A model generated the notes under the pieces. The model was given only the letters and a program-made list of their open reading frames with translations, made no database searches and was not told where the DNA came from. Made by a program: the position numbers and the translations under genes. Positions 61,619 through 64,000 of a DNA stretch of 64,000 nt are shown piece by piece; position 1 is the stretch's first letter; every line of letters begins with the position of its first letter. This DNA is from Anolis carolinensis (Eukaryota), in the NCBI RefSeq assembly GCF_035594765.1, contig NC_085842.1:21614782-21678781 (forward strand), read 5' to 3'.

Positions 61619-62430
61619 GTGATGGGAAGGAAACTCGGGACAAGACAGTGAATCCTCAGCTGGAAAGAAACAAACCAGAGGACGCTCCCAGAACAGCCCT
61701 GCAAGAAAACGTAGGACATGTGATGGTGAAGAAGGAGGGCGAAGAAGAAAGATGTGAATTGGAGCAACGAAGCAAGCGGTCTTTGGAGATCAAGACTGAA
61801 TGCATGGAACTCTCCGAAACGCATACAGACGCCCCGACCCCAGACTCCATAACAAAGACAAGGGAGAAAATGCCGTTGTTCTCCAAATACGGTCGAAAGT
61901 ATCGCTCTGTGTCGGCATTTGACGCGATCCTTGCTGACAAAGCCCGCAACGGCTCTCCTGCGTCAGAGGGAACCGTCCAACGAAACAAAGCTCGTAAAAC
62001 CTTAAGAGGCAAGAGAAGGTTCAGTCTCAATGAATATGAGGGGAGAGATGGCGTGCAAACACAGATTTGGACTCGAACCAAAGAGACAGGTACTAAATCC
62101 GATGGGTTTGAGGTGAACTTGAGTTTCTCGGAACCGCACCAGAGCGACCCGGGAACCCAGAGCGACCCAGGAACCCAGAGCCAAGCGAAGCCGTTCCAGT
62201 GTTGGCAGTGCGGGAAGCATTTCAAAAACAGGGTCTCTGTGAACCGACACTTGCTTGTCCACACCGAAGACAGGCCGTTCGGGTGCCCGCAGTGCAACAA
62301 ATTCTTCCGCTTCAAAAGAGATGTCAACCGGCATCTAGTCACCCACACGCGGGTGAAGTGCCTCGAATGTGACAAATCGTATTCCCGAAAGGATTCCTTG
62401 GCTAACCATCGGAAGTCTCACCATCCGTAG
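61619..62430 (+). CDS. Gene 3 last exon: spacer plus three C2H2 zinc fingers
   Basis: ctttgcag|GT, phase 1. Fingers CWQC..HLLVH, CPQC..HLVTH and CLEC..HRKSH; stop at 62430. Confidence 0.9.
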
Positions 62431-62649
62431 GAACCCTAAAAATGCCTTTTGATTGGGAAGGTAAATCCCATCAGAATCAGAGCCTCAAGGAGTCTTCTCA
62501 TTTCGTCCACAGCTGGATCCGCATTGCAGTTTGACGCCACATTGACTGTGGTGAAGCTTTGGGATTTGTAGTTTTGTGAAATATTTACTTTTCTCTGTCC
62601 CCTTCTGCACTGCCATATAATCCAGATTATGAAAACAGATATTCCACAT

Positions 62650-62858
62650 TGTGTTGTTCAAGGCTTTCATGGCCGGGATCACAGGGTTGTTGTGTGTTTT
62701 CCGGGCAGTATGGCCATGTTCCAGAAGTATTCCCTTCTGATGTTTCGCCCACATCTATGGCAGGTATTCTAGGATGCCTGCCATAGATGTGGGCAAAACG
62801 TCAGGAGAGAATACTTCTGGAACATGGCCATACTGCCCGGAAAACACACACCAACCCT
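62650..62858. mobile_element. Inverted Penelope pseudo-LTR pair inside a palindromic MITE
   Basis: Arms centred at about 62770. Confidence 0.78.
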
Positions 62859-63574
62859 ATACTCCACATTATCTGCTTTGAACTGGATTATATGAGTCTA
62901 CATGGCCATATAATCCAGTTCAAAGCAGATAATCTGGATTTTATATGGTAGTGTAGAAGGGTCCTCTAGCAGAGAGCTCTACTGCCATAACAGACTATAA
63001 ATCCCAGGATTCCATACTATGGAACCACAGTAGTTAAACTGCTATAATCCTGCAATGTGGATTGTCTCCAATAGTCCTCTGTATGCAGTGAAATTTTATC
63101 TATGCTTGCCTTAATGTAGAGAGTTATCCTAGGCTGGATCTACACTGCCATATAAAATCCAGATTACCTGCTTTGAATTGGATTATGTGGCAATGTAGAT
63201 TCATATGATCCAGTTCAAAGCAGATAACGTGGATTATCTGATTTGACAATCTGGATTATATGGCATTGTAGATCCAGCCCTAGATCATTCAGTTACTTTT
63301 AAAAAGTTTCATACAGCCATATATCCAGCTCAGGGAATAGGTTGCAAACCACTTGCTTTGTCTCCCTTTTAGACTAGCCTTTATACTACCTCAGTTTCCT
63401 CCTATTTGTTATTCTCTGCCTATCTCTGCCCATTTTATACAAAACGGATAACACCATTACCCCAAATCCCTCGGCAGACATGGCCAATAGTTAAATAAGT
63501 AATTTTTGTGTATTTTTTAAAATTGTATTTTAACAACTACTAATAAAATTGTACTATAATAACAACTACTAAGC

Positions 63575-63857
63575 GGAGCCATGGTGGTGCAATGGATTAA
63601 ACCCTTGTGCTGGCTCGACTGCTGACCTGAAGGTTGGGTTGCTGACCTGAAGGTTGCCGGTTTGAGTCCGTGAGACGGGGTGAGCTCCCGTCTGTCAGCT
63701 CCAACTTGTGGGGACATGAGAGAAGCCTCCAAGCAGGACGGTAACACATCTGAGTGTCCCCTGGGCAACGTCTCTGTAGACAGCCAATTTTCTCACACCA
63801 GAAGTGACTTGCAGTATGTTCTCAAGTCACTTCTGACACAAACATGATAAAAAAAAA
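63575..63857 (+). mobile_element. Full-length Vingi-related SINE (tRNA head, Vingi-like 5' structure and 3' tail)
   Basis: A box ggtggtgcaatgg, B-box-like ggtttgagtcc, core ggggacatgagagaagcctcc..gtcccctgggcaacg, tail cttctgacac + A-run resembling the Vingi 3' end gcttttgacat. Confidence 0.8.
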
Positions 63858-64000
63858 CCAACTACAGTATTCCCTCACTTATTGCGAAGGTTAGGTTTCA
63901 GGACCACCCGCAATGAGTGAAAATCTGTGAAGTAGGGATGCTATATATTTATTCATTATTTTAGTAGTTATAAACTATTTTAAGTATTTATCAACCAATC

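Noticed and set aside
63575-63680. tRNA genes at SINE heads
   Set aside because: A/B boxes only, no cloverleaf, and the sequence continues into the SINE body.

Overview
Repeat-dense vertebrate genomic DNA. A squamate, probably Anolis-like, is inferred from Sauria-type SINEs, Penelope, Vingi, R4/Dong and lizard-type SCAN-zinc-finger genes. Genes: a partial SCAN gene at the left edge (-); a complete 5-coding-exon SCAN-(degenerate KRAB)-C2H2 gene (-, 8920-14401); two divergently oriented 2-exon LRRC52-like genes (BK/Slo3 gamma-subunit type LRR-TM; - 19094-22562, + 29611-34320); and a second 5-coding-exon SCAN-(degenerate KRAB)-C2H2 gene (+, 49351-62430). Together these give a mirror-symmetric ZSCAN<-LRRC52<- ->LRRC52->ZSCAN layout. 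The rest is mostly nested mobile DNA: a near full-length R4/Dong LINE plus (AAT)n-associated 3' fragments, a Vingi LINE inside an RTE LINE, Penelope fragments, Helitrons, hAT and Tc1/pogo MITEs, solo LTRs, CR1/L1/L2/RTEX fragments and SINEs. Best leads: (1) three divergent LTR sequences that keep the same peptide motif, ending in an HMGN-like RRSxR[IL]; (2) HDV-like ribozyme folds at the Vingi 5' end and inside two SINEs; (3) a box C/D kink-turn in the R4 5' UTR; (4) duplicated LRRC52-like genes inside a ZNF cluster. There are two assembly gaps (22563-22745, 34549-34692). All family calls are by motif recognition only; no searches were run.
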